Shown here: one piece after another, positions 1 to 12,300 of the stretch
Layout: each line of letters starts with the position of its first letter
Position numbering within the stretch: the stretch's first letter is position 1
Assembly (NCBI RefSeq): GCF_964355755.1
Contig: NC_092674.1
Location: 29,140,001 to 29,204,000, forward strand
Reading direction: 5' to 3'
Source: Antedon mediterranea
Lineage: Eukaryota > Animalia > Echinodermata
DNA: 64,000 nucleotides
Notes under the pieces: generated by a model
Database searches by the model: none
Told to the model about the DNA's origin: nothing
What the model saw: only the letters and a program-made list of their open reading frames with translations
Position numbers and translations under genes: made by a program

Positions 1-75
1 TTTGTTCTTGATTGTCTTGCTGGCCTATGTAATGACATGTTTACATGACTATCTAATTATTTTTTCTTTTTTTAG

Positions 76-2163
76 AAACTGTTACTGCGGTACCTTTTAG
101 CCGAATCTGCTGACAAAGTTGAGACCCGTGTGGACAAACCAGAAGCAGGTAGTTTGTCTGGACAGATAGAAAGTTTATTAAATGAAAGAGGTAAACAAGT
201 AACACCAAGGTTTCACTTTTTATTGTGAAGCTTTTTAAAGGTCGAAACTCAATGTTAAATCTACGGAGTTATTACTATATTGTTAAATCAAGGCGTCGTT
301 AGTTATCCTTGGTTAATCAATAACTATAGCCTTATACAATAGCAAACCAAGTATAAAGATGATATTGGTGTTCGATGGTTGAGTGCAGATAGAAAGTTTG
401 TTAACTGAAAGAGGTAAACAAGTAAAACCAAGGTTTTTATTGTGAAGTTTTTTAAAGGTCGGAACTCAATGTTTAATCTATGGAGTTTAATACTCTATAT
501 TGTTAAATCAAGGCGTTTTTAGTTATCATTGGTTAATTAATAAATAGCCTTATACAATAGTACGGTAATCATTATAGAAACAAAGTATAAAGATATATTG
601 TTGCTGGGTGGTTGGATGCATTTGGTAGGCCTAACTACAAGATCTTTTGCTTCACCTTTCAACGGATGATCAAATGAGTATTCATTAATTGTTTTAATTT
701 GTATAATTTTTTTTTATTACTGGGTAATCAAGATGTTTTAGACAAGGAGTTTACGGAGGCAGTTTTAAATGAGCATAACAAACACAGAAATCGACATGGC
801 GTTGGTGTACGTACAGTCTTTAGTTTATATTAAGTTCAGATTCTCAAAACACCGATTGGCATTTCTCATTAATTATCTAAATTGGGTTTGTGATCATATT
901 ACGTTTTATACACAGCCATTGAAATACTCAGAAACGATGGCTGAAAATGCGAAAAGGGCTGCCGAATACAATGCGAGATTGGGAAGGTTGCAACACTCAG
1001 ATAAGGAGACTAGAATGGGCAACGGTGAAAATCTATTTATGAAAGCAACTGCTGATAAAGTATTCAACCCAGAGACTGCAGGTAGGCATACTGTATTTTT
1101 GTTGGATGGATGCTACATACATACACATTGGGAGTACGTCTTTGAAAGATGTATTGTCCCCCTGAAAAAAATATTATTAACAAATTTCTGTTGAATATGC
1201 CATTTTAATATGTCACATAATAGTTATCCACTTTGACCAACAATTTGTTCAAAACAAAATTATTTACCTGAAAAAACTGCAATTTAAAGCAAAAAATAGT
1301 CAAATTGGCTGCCATTTAACCATTTATGTTGTCATTTGAGTGAAAGTGAAAACATTATTTTTTTAGGATTTTTTTTTCGGAAGTGATTAACTTGATTAAA
1401 ACCATAAAATACCCTATTCAAATTCTGATTTAATTAATCTTCATTTCTCATGATTTTGAAGGACAATTCATCTTTAATTAAGCCTTCTATGAAATAATTA
1501 TGTATATGACAATTAATTATAATTATAATTAATTAATTTTGTTTTTAAGCTTCGGATGCTGTGAACGCTTGGTATGGCGCGAGTAAAACGTATAATTTTA
1601 ACTATTCCGGATTTCAATCAGGAACAGGTAATTATTCGCTATATTTGTCTTGAAGTTGATGGTTTCGAAACGTGGAAGTAAATAGGTCATGCTTGGTTCT
1701 CTCACTAGCGACGCAACGTAACGCAATCTACGCAACGTAAGAAAATGCCCTTCCAATCATTGTGTTTGCCCCCGCCTGCGTGAAACAAACGATGTTTGTA
1801 GCACTATTGTGTCGTCGGTTCCCATTACGCAACACAGCACTTTGCGTCGATACGTCGCTGCGTTGCGTTGTAGTGGCAACCACCCTTTAGATCGTGGTTA
1901 CTTTATATTTCAATCACAATTCAATTCGACTGTCAATTCAAGTTCATTTTTTGTACATCATTATATAATGACTTAATTATTTCAATATGATTTTAGGACA
2001 TTTTACACAAGTGGTGTGGAAGGCTACAACTGAGCTGGGTTGTGGTTACATGGAGAAGGAACTCCACGGAATGTACAGCATCTTCGTGGTTTGCCATTAC
2101 AGTCCGGCTGGAAACATGATGGGTCAAGTTGCAGAAAACGTTCTACCTCCACAAAAAAACTAG
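76..2163 (+). CDS. CAP/SCP (GAPR-1/PR-1-like) domain protein, paralog 1; 5'-partial, first exon outside the window
   Basis: GT-AG exons 76-190, 733-806, 916-1081, 1550-1627 and 1997-2163 splice in frame. They encode HNKHRNRHGV, LQHS, GENLF, AVNAWY, GHFTQVVWK..LGCG and VVCHYSPAGN, ending at TAG 2161-2163. Exon 76-190 is a close homolog of exon 4176-4290 of the next gene. Confidence 0.9.
163..620 (+). repeat. Local tandem duplication (~220 bp unit) of an exon end plus intron start
   Basis: cagatagaaagttt..gaaagag|gtaaacaagtaa..caaggttt.. occurs at 163 and again at 386, with similarity continuing for about 200 bp. Confidence 0.85.
1144..1476. mobile_element. Kolobok-like non-autonomous element (MITE)
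   Basis: TIRs aaagatgtattgtcccc / ggacaattcatcttt with TTAA-like flanks. Related copies at ~10845, 19334-19611, 55341-55620 and ~59938-60680. Confidence 0.6.
1691..1888. mobile_element. PIF/Harbinger-like MITE (gcttggttcccacta family variant)
   Basis: Inverted ends gcttggttctctcactagcgacgcaacg / cgttgcgttgtagtggcaaccac, the same termini as the copies at 39707 and 44686. Confidence 0.6.
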
Positions 2164-2190
2164 TGACTACGACGACCAAAGAAGGCAATC

Positions 2191-2335
2191 TAAAGCTCTG
2201 TCAAACTATCAACTACTTTGACAAAAAAAGTGTGATGTGCCCAAATATGGTAGTGATATGACATCATCATGTCCATATATGGGCACATCACATATTTTGT
2301 TGTCACATAAAGTTTGATAGTGTAGACAGAGTTTA
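2191..2335. mobile_element. PIF/Harbinger-like MITE (agctctgtctacactatcaaac family, ~150 bp)
   Basis: Palindromic element with TIR agctctgtc..actatca / tgatagtgtagacagag and TAA/TTA flanks. At least 8 copies in the window. Confidence 0.75.
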
Positions 2336-3596
2336 ACAACTTGCTACGACGAAACCAGTTGTGTCACGTGTTTACATCAATACTTAGAAATCTGTAGAAT
2401 ATTTTATTTGATATGTGCAGATACCTAGGTGTAAGAAAGGGATTAATTCTTAACAATTAAATTATGTAATATATGATAATTATAATTATTTAATGAGTTC
2501 TATACCGTTCGGATATGACATTCAATAAAGGTACGCAACTGTAATTTTTCTAAAACGTTTTTAGCTTTTTTCCTCTTTTATTGAAAATGATGTGCGGCTA
2601 GTTTTATTTCAGTATCTTCGCATGTTTACAACGCACAGTCAAATTTTTTCCCCGTCGTTCATTAAACTGTAGACGGAACATTAAAATTATGTGACGGATA
2701 TGACACAAAACTGCGGGACAAACTTTTTCCAATCAAAAACTTTAAAGTTTGAAATTAAATGTATGTAGAGATGTATTTCGGAGAATATAATCGCATGAAA
2801 TCATGGTTAACTAACTTTTTGCAATATTTTCGATAACAAAGGTCCTGTTATCAAATATATACAGCGATCATAAAATTGAAGATGTACGATCGGGACATGG
2901 GGTTTTAGGGGGTTGCCTGAAACATTTTTATAAAAATTAACAATATCAATGTTATTATCTTTGGTTTATGTAATTAATTATATGAACAATAATGATGATT
3001 ATGATATAAGTCAAGAATTTTTATTTTTTATTGATGAATTTTCAGTCTCTATCCCACCAAAGTATCGGGACACGATGTCTTACTGAAGAATGACTCCTAA
3101 TTTAAACCTTATCATTATGTCATTATTATTCTTTCGGACAGAAAACAATAATTATAACTTAAATATTAATAAATAAATCTTTAAATCATAAGAACCACAG
3201 TTATTATACGGGTATTTTGTGTATATATTTACAAGCCTTTGTACAAAATGAAAATTGAAGAATATTTGTAACTTGCTTATTGGTGCGTTGTGTTTTTTAT
3301 GCTTTTTGTTGTTCTAGTTGTTTTTGTAGATTCTACCACTTTTTCAATGTGTGTTTTATACTTCAAAATATAATTATGATTAAATATAATAATATACTTT
3401 ATAACTAACTTTATATTATGTCTAATTTTTGTAATTCTTTTCGTATTTAAGTTAAAGTCATGTTGGCTACTTGATATTTTCTAAACTACTTTTAATAAAT
3501 AATTGCTCATTCCCAAACCCAATACAATTGAAGTTCCGTGTTTGGTGTAACCATTTGGGAGTTGACGTTCATTGTTATCACACTTGTTTTTCAAAC

Positions 3597-6500
3597 ATGT
3601 ATAGGCCTACATTTTTTGCCTTTGTCCTCGTTTCGACAATCCTTGCTGTAGCAAAAAGCGACAACAATGAGGTGGAATTCGAGGTAAGAAATTAATAACT
3701 TTCACTATAATTTTTAATATTTAGACCACTGTAGGCCTATTATATGGCAGACGTCGTTGTCTTATTCGTTATTCTGCATTGATTAAAAATGAAGTTAATA
3801 CTGTATATATTTATTATTATTATGTAACATAAGAAAAAAAAAACCAAAAAAAAAACCTGTTTTCGATAGGATCCAAAAAATAGATAATATATGTCTTAAG
3901 ATTCACTTGAAACGTTTTCTTTCGTTAGTACTTATTAAGGACTCGTCTGGAAGAAGCTTTACAAACATTTATATTAATAACATTATTATTATTAATATTT
4001 TTTTTAATGATAATATTATTAACAAAGAGCCATTAAAGAGATGAATAACAAAATTGGTTTCCAAAGGACTACGCCCCGCACATTTTTAAAAACAAAAAAG
4101 GGAACTATATCTATATTGGAAGTATATCAATGATGTACCTCTAGCATAATTAGCTGGTATTTAATTGATTGTTAGGAACGGTTACTGCGGTACCTTTTAA
4201 CCGAATCTGGTGATAAAGTTGAGACCCGTGTCGACGAACCAGAAGCACGTAGTTTGTCTGGACAGATTGAAAGTATGTTAAATGAAAGAGGTAAAGTAAC
4301 ATAGAGGTTTAGCTATTTTACCTTATGCAGTTCGAATTAAGAGCCTACTTTATGAAATAGTCGTCGTTTTTATAGAAACCAAGTATGGTAATAAATAGCT
4401 AGGCCTACTTATAAATCCCTTATAATATGTACAGTAGTTTGCCTACTCGAACGTTAAGTACTTTTAATTAATGTACAATGTCGCCAGAACAGGGCAAAAA
4501 TCTGATCAAGAAAACATGGTGTATTACAAAGGTCTATTTAGTATTGTTTTCTTTGCAGGTAAAGTGTCTTGTCGTAAGAGCTTACCAAAGGAAAAAATCT
4601 GTGATTTTGTTGGCGATTGTCCTGATTGGAAAGACGAGAAAAACTGTGACAACAAATACAGAAAGAAAGGTTTGAAATCATAACCATTCCTAATCGTGGC
4701 CTGAGATCTCACTCTGGGTCGGGCAATCATTAGGCTAGGACGTGTTCTGGGAACGTGCAATTCCTGTATTCACTCTGTCTATTCTTCCCATATTGTATAA
4801 ACCAATTATAGGTTTTTAGACCTACTGTGAATTAAAGGTTGGAGCTTAGCCTACGTCACGGACATAAAAGTGCATTTAATAACGTAATTGTAGTCACGCA
4901 TGAATTATGTATAATAAAATACACTGAAAATAAACACCTTGTGAGATATAGAAACATTATACACCGTTGCATAACTGTTTCCTTTCTATGCCATTGTTAT
5001 TTACATTTCTAGGGGGTTGTGAAGCGTTAATTTTTTTGAAAGATTGTGATTATTGTGACGGGTTTACTGATTGTGCTGATAACAGCGATGAAAAAGGTTG
5101 TCCAGGTATGTTGTTTATTTTGCCAGAAGCCCCAGCGGGTATTGGGGACAAGTCAGATTTGATTCATAAAAGGTTGTATGTATGTTTTGTATTTACGTTG
5201 GATATTTTGTGCTTTTTGTGCTAAAACGCTGTACGGATTTCAAATAGCTACGGTGGGGTAATCATTTCAGTAAAGCTTTCAATCATCAAATCATGTTTAC
5301 CAATCTAAAGATCTGTCTACATTATCAAACTTTATGTGACAAAAAATGTGACGTGTCCATATATGGACATGATGATGTCATACCACTATACCATATCTGA
5401 GCATGCATCACACATTTTGTTGGTCAAACTAGTTTGATAGCATAAACAGAGCTTTATTTTCATATTAAATCAAATTTAATATTGCGTTTATGGCGAATAA
5501 AGTAAAGTTAGGTGTTCAAGTTTATCCAAAAAGAAAAGAGTAATAAGTACGGTTTAGAATAATTTACCCTACAACCATCCAGACGATGCATCGTCTGGAA
5601 AAATCAAATTAATATATTGGAAATTAAACAAATACAATGTTAACATGTAGATTTTACACCTGCAGTATTAACTGTTAGTGTTATCTTGTAGTTGGTACTC
5701 CAACGTGTCTTGAAGTCATCCCCGACAAATGGGTCTGTGACGGCTGGAGACATTGCTATGATTGGAGTGATGAAATGCACTGTGAGGAGACAGGTAGGTT
5801 TGGTGGTTAGCCGGAACAAAGGCACATATGCTATTTGTCAAGTTGGAGACAAAAGGGGAGGGCTTCAAAAATGAGTTGTTTTCCGATAGTTTATTTAGGG
5901 TCGTAGATAGGCCCAATAATTACGCGGTACATTCAACAGCGTTACCGGCGTACTTAAAGATTTTTAAAAATAATAACACTTTTAAGCGAGACGGGTATTT
6001 CTGACTTTTATCTGGATACTGATATATTGTGTTCTGGACATTTAGTGAATATATGAAATTAGAATGATGATCTCGTGCACAACCCATGCGTACGGGCCTG
6101 GTTAAGTCCATAATGTTTAGTTATAGATGTTATTGATGGTTTATAATTTTACTGTTAATCAAAAAGGGGGAAATAATGACGATGATCAAGGCGGCAACAA
6201 TGAAGACGACAACAATGAAGACGGCAACAATCCAGAAACCAATAACAACGACGGTGATGAGGAAAATGGCAACGAAATTGACCAAGTCTCATGCTTCAAT
6301 CCATCTGAAGGAAGAACTGGAAATGATGACGAAAGAGATTTTATGCAACAAGTTTTAGACGCGCATAACTACTACAGATGTTTGCATGGCGTCGGTGTAC
6401 GTAGTAATCTATACTCTATTATCTTAAAATAACTTTCTATTGAAAGGGTGGAAGAAGAATTATAAAATTTTCTTAATTTTACTAATTTGAATAATTGGAT

Positions 6501-7389
6501 TTTTTTGTCGTATTGCAGCCCTTGTATTCTTCATCAGAGTTGAGTGATCATGCGCAGGAAGTTGCCGAAAGTAATGCGTATTACGGACTGTTGCTACACA
6601 GCTCAGATACAGACTTCGGCGAGAATTTATGGTACAAAGCAAACACTGATGGTTCATTCAACGAAAACAGCATTACAGGTTAGCAGTTTTAATTGATACG
6701 TATTTTGGAAATGTAACCATTAGCTGTCGTTGCTGATGATGGTAAACGCTTATGATACAAAATTATGGAATTCATTAAGCATTTCATTTAAATCTCTTTC
6801 TAATCTTTCTTCTTTCAAATATAACCTAAAGAAGTTTCTGGTTGCGGCTTATGGTAATTAAATCTTCTCAATTAAAGTTTGTCTCCAAATTTATTTTGCC
6901 CTCATTCTGCACACTTTTTGTTTTACTATTGTAATTTTTATTTTTTTCAATGCTAATGCTAATTAATGTGTGTGCAGAGAAACAATAAAAACAAACAAAT
7001 AAACTAGCAAGTGTAGCCGCTAAATATTCTGTTAACTTTTTAAGGTTTGGAAGTTGTTAAAGCTTGGTATGACGAGATCAACGTTTACGATTTCAACAAT
7101 CCCGGATTTAATGGACCAACAGGTAAGTAAACGTTTTATTGATAGACTGCTTCATTATCATGCTCGTGTCTGCTACAATTGTATGTATTTCAAAATGTCA
7201 TTATTTCATTTTATCATTATTTCATCAGGACATTTTACACAAGTGGTCTGGAAGAATACAGAGCAACTGGGTTGTGGCTACAGCAGTAAGACAGAATACG
7301 GATATACCTACGTGTACGTGGCTTGCAACTACAGTCCTGCTGGAAACGTCTTGGGTGAATTTGCAGAAAACGTTCTGCGAGAAATGTAG
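3597..7389 (+). CDS. Secreted protein: signal peptide, 3 LDLa-like modules, Asn/Asp-rich linker and CAP/SCP domain (paralog 2)
   Basis: Exons 3597-3683 (MYRPTFFAFVLVSTILAVAKS, signal-like), 4176-4290, 4559-4669, 5013-5105, 5692-5793, 6167-6396, 6519-6678, 7045-7122 and 7229-7389 join in frame. LDLa signatures: CDFVGDCPDWKDE, CDGFTDCADNSDE, CDGWRHCYDWSDE. CAP motifs: HNYYR, LHS, GENL, WYDE, GHFTQVVWK, CNYSPAGN. Confidence 0.9.
5308..5455. mobile_element. PIF/Harbinger-like MITE (agctctgtctacac family)
   Basis: aagatctgtctacattatcaaac ... gtttgatagcataaacagagcttt; interior matches the other copies. Confidence 0.7.
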
Positions 7390-8284
7390 TTTGCAGGAAT
7401 CGTTCTGTAAAACCTTTTGTAAAACATATTTTATTTCTTTTATTGTATTTCATCATCACCCTACAGTGACCAAACGTCACCATTAACAGGGTTGAAAGTC
7501 ATAAAATATAGCCTAATATAATATATACAAGCAAAAATCAACAGATTTTCAGTATACCTAATGTAGGTAGTGGATATATAATATTGTACTAGTTGAGCTA
7601 CGTTTATACAATTATAAAGTAGCGGTTGTACCGAATATGATGCGTTTCTTATGTAGGCCTGTATATGCAGTTAGGAAATGAACTATTAGGCCTATAGGCC
7701 TAATCATAAAATACATTTCAAGATATTTCAATAACTATATTAACTAGTATTAATATTCAGTGTATCACCAGGTGGAATGTCTATATATGCCTTTAAATTT
7801 ATTACTGTATTATATTATTATAATGATAATTATTACAACATTTTTCGTTCTCAGAAAGTGTTTTGTTTTGTTCATTGTTAAATTACTGTAATGTTCAATG
7901 AAAGTCAATAAATGAAATTGAATATAAGAAATATAAGATTAGTTAAACTTTCGCATGTCCTTTAATTGTTTACTTTATGCATTGAAACCCAACCAGTGAT
8001 AGGCCTACCTGCAGAATTATTTATTTTTATTATTTAGTTAAGTTTGGGTTTATTTATTTATTTATTTTCAATCTTTCTACATAGCAAAAAAACAAACATA
8101 GTATAACAGGGGAGTAGCGGAAAAGAAAGTATAAAATTGTCATATGCTCTGTAAAGGGAGAATTTTGGAACAATGGTTTGCTTGTTCTATCTTTTTATAA
8201 TATGATTACTTTTGAAATTATAAATATTTTTTGTTACATTTCATTATACTGTATCTCCAAACTGTACAGTAGTGAAAGAGAGAC

Positions 8285-8360
8285 TTCCAGCTGCTACGCG
8301 CCCCCCTTTTCGACAAAATTATTGGCGGCGCACTTCCTGTGGGTGGCGCGATAACTCGAA
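8285..8360 (+). promoter_or_regulatory. Probable CEP135 core promoter (CpG-rich patch)
   Basis: CpG-rich patch in AT-rich DNA with ETS-like cacttcctg and E2F-like ttggcggcgc / tggcgcg. It is followed by a donor-like gtaagg (~8429) and an acceptor at 9349, just before the ATG. Confidence 0.5.
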
Positions 8361-9363
8361 AATTGTCATGTTTTTTGACGATCGACGATGTTTTTAATTT
8401 TAATATCATCAACAATTTATGTGTAAAAGTAAGGTATTTTTAAGATCAATAAGTATAACAAACCTTTAGATAATTTCCACAGTATTTTAATCTAGAATTT
8501 GGTAATTCTAGGCCTAGTTGTCGTGCCGTGTTTGAGTAAACCAAGGCCGGAAATGAAACGTGTTATGAAAATGGAAGGCTAGGCCTAGACCTAATAAAGA
8601 CTTATTTCCTATGTGAAGGCTACACGAGTACCGTTTGTGTTGCGGATAGAGTGACTGTTGTCACAGCGAAGTACTAATACTAGGCCTAGCACAAATGGCC
8701 ATAAGTTGTCAACCAAACCAAAGCTTATGAGGTTTCATAATTCTTATATTATGCCTATCCTTGATCTAACCTCTAGGCCTAGATAGAGGCCTAGAAATAA
8801 TAATAGGCATATAGCTAGAGAGGCCCTTCCTTGGCCTTACCTTTTAGTTAGGACTAGGCCTATAAATAAATAATATGTATTCAAATCAAATGCAAACATT
8901 CTAATCATTCATTTAATTAATTACCTACAGGCTACTATCTACACTACTGCTAGGTACCTAGGCCTAATAAATAAAGTAATAGGCCGCCTAGTAAACAATT
9001 CTAATTAAATTTAATTAAATTGATTATCCATAATGCTTACTATACTAGCCTAAGCATGCAGACAGAGATGATCAGGCCTCATTCATAATTAGACGATCAA
9101 GACTACATTTTAAGGCCTCACTTATTTAGGTTGCTTATTTACATACCTAGGTGTTTACTTTTTTATTTGGTTTTGTATTTTATTTATGGGCCTGATCGTG
9201 CATAGTCCTGCTTATTGATTACCCTGCTCATGCTACAGTATCACTATCACTTTTATCAGCTTGAAGTTTGAATAGGCCTAGTAGAAAGTTTCTACACCTG
9301 AAATACATGTAAATCCAAATGTGAATAAAAAATTAATATTTGTTTACAGCTTAACCAATAATT

Positions 9364-12300
9364 ATGAGCACTGCGACGGAACGCAAGTTTACAAACTTGC
9401 GAAAGCGGCTGGACCAACTCGGCTATAGACAAGCTTTGGGAATAGAAACACTTCCGTTGGTTGAAAAGCTTTTTAATGACCTGATACACACAACTGAGAG
9501 TCTAAAGAAATCTAAACTACAGGTAACTATAGCTGTAATATTACAATTCAATTTATTGTTTTTGAACATTCATATAACTTATAAATAATTTTAGCTCTGT
9601 CTACACTATTAAAGATTATGTCACAAAAAATGTGATGTGCTCATGGACATGATGTCATATCACTACCTTATTTGAGCATATCACTACCATATTTGGGCAC
9701 ATCACACTTTTTTGTCAAACTAGTTCAATAGTGTAGACAAAGCTTTATAATATTGATATGACCTAGGTTCACAGGGTATAAAATTAGGTGATTTTAAACA
9801 GAAAAAAAAATATCACCATATTAACTATAATAAAGGCTATCCCATACTCATACCTCTTCATTTTTGCTGAACATAAACTTGGTATAATAAGAGGCCTATT
9901 TGAAACTGTTGAAAATATGCTTGAAAGAAATTTGTCATAGATTCTTGGTTAAAATGTATAAAGTTGCATGTTATCTGGGTATTATTACATGCTGGACATG
10001 TGTAATCCATAATTGATGATGTTATGGTCCACCTGTTCTGTCAACTGGAATAAATGTGATTATGTTAATTAGATACTATACCCATGATGTCACATTATTC
10101 CCTTGTAGAGGGCAGTATACTATTTTCCATACTTTAGAATTCAATTCAATTCAAGGAACATTTATTCACGTCCAAAAGACGTGAATAATTACTACAGTAG
10201 TATTTTGTTTTCAATTTTTTCTAAAACTCTGTCTACACAAAAAAATTGATATGGACATGATGATGTCATATCACTACCATATTTGGGCACATCACACTGT
10301 TTTTGTCAAACTATTTTGATAGTGTAGACAGAGCCTAAAGCTATAAAATATATAAATTAGAGTATAGTGAATTTCAAAGTTGTTTTTAGAGTTCAACTTT
10401 GTATACTTAATGTTTTAAAAAAGGGTTAAAGTTTTTTTTTTATTAAAAATAATCATATTCTTGCAGGCTAGCCAAGTAATCCACGAGAAAGGCACATGGG
10501 AAGAACAGATCGAGCCTTACCGGAGTGACAATGCGAAGCTAGTCAAAGAAAACAACGACCTGCATCTCCAGCTAATCAAAGTCCGGGAGGATCTAGACTC
10601 CACCAGCAAGAGCCTAAAGTCATCAATTCGCAAACTTGAGCATGAAAACGCAGATCTGCGCTTCCTCAATACTCAATACGTTCATAAAGTGCGCACCGTT
10701 GAGAAAGAGTCAAAGCAGAAGTCTGACAGAATCGCACAGTTGCAGGAGAAAAACTTCAAAGCGGTTGTTCAAACACCAGGTAAATATTTGTTAAAAACTA
10801 TAATTACTAATAATTAATATTCAAATATAATATTCATAATTATATTAAAGATATATTGTCCTGAAAACATTATTTATTCACTTCGAAAGTGAAAGTGGTT
10901 GAATTTAACCATTTATTTTGTCTTTTTATAAATGAAAACATTGTTTTTTAAAGTTTTATGCAAGTGATTAACTTTATTAAAACTTTGAAATCATATGGCC
11001 TATTCAAGGTCTTTTCATGTTTTTACCAGTATAATTAGTCAACAAATGTTATTTTTTACATCTGTTTTTTTTTGTTAAATTGCAATTAAACATTTTTTAT
11101 TTTTATAATTGATTCATTTGTTTTCATGAAAACTTTTTCTTTGACTACAGGTGGAAGAAAAAAAAACATCCCATTTAGACGACAGCGAATGGACATTGAT
11201 TCTACAGTACTGCCTTCACACGATACACGTACCCCCTCTGTTCCTGCTGTACTTGATCCGTATGTTGCTGATCTTTTACAAGTTGCAGATGCTAAAATTG
11301 AGGATCTGCAAAGGGAGGTGGAACAATTACGGGAATTGAATGAATCATATGAAAAGGCAATTCGTAGTTTGCGAAAACAGGTGTGTTTTTGTGGTTTCTT
11401 TTTATTATTTATCATTTTTTGAATAGCAAACACGAAATGTACAGATCAATGCAAAATAATTAACTATATATTTTTTTTATTTGATAATATAACTTTATAA
11501 AAAATGACCGTGGAGGAAATATATAGATATTGCCTCCATATTCTAACATAATATAAAATGTTTATAAAAACATTAAAAAATAATTAAATTGATAAATAAA
11601 AATTCTAGTTTTCCTGACCGCATAATAATAGTATTATCACATTATATCTTGCAAATTCATAAATGCACAATAAATAATAAAACACTTCAGTTGAGTAATA
11701 TATTTATTACATTTATTCATACTTAGTATCATTTCATTTGGGAAACCACCTCACAAAAGGTAAAAAGCTTAAATACTACATTTTAATTATAGGTATTTTT
11801 ACAGGTCCTTAATTACCCTAGTAGATTCAGAAGAGAAAAAAATCTACCTAGATTAGCAATGTGGTCTGGATTAATACCGTAAAAATAATTTATGTATTTC
11901 ATATTAACATACAAATGTAAATAATTATCATTTTGAAGATATGATTACATTTAGACACCCCTATACTGATAATGGATTATCCTAGCGATGGTTGCCAAGT
12001 ACGCTACATGTGGATCGGATTACCTTTTATAGGCAATGACCTTTGATACTTTAGAATTCCTTTAAAGCTATTGGTTGACAGAGAAGTGTTACTTGTTTGT
12101 GATTGGTTAATAATTTGCATACAAACACTCCATTGATAAAGTAATCAATTATCTATCTATTTGAATGAAGTCCCACAATCAGTTTATGATAGGCTGAGTT
12201 TTTTGAAATGTTAATGAACTTGCTACCTCCAGTTAGCTTTTGAAATTGTTTAGTCTAACTAAATATTGTGGTATTTGAATACCTTTGTGGATAGCTTACT

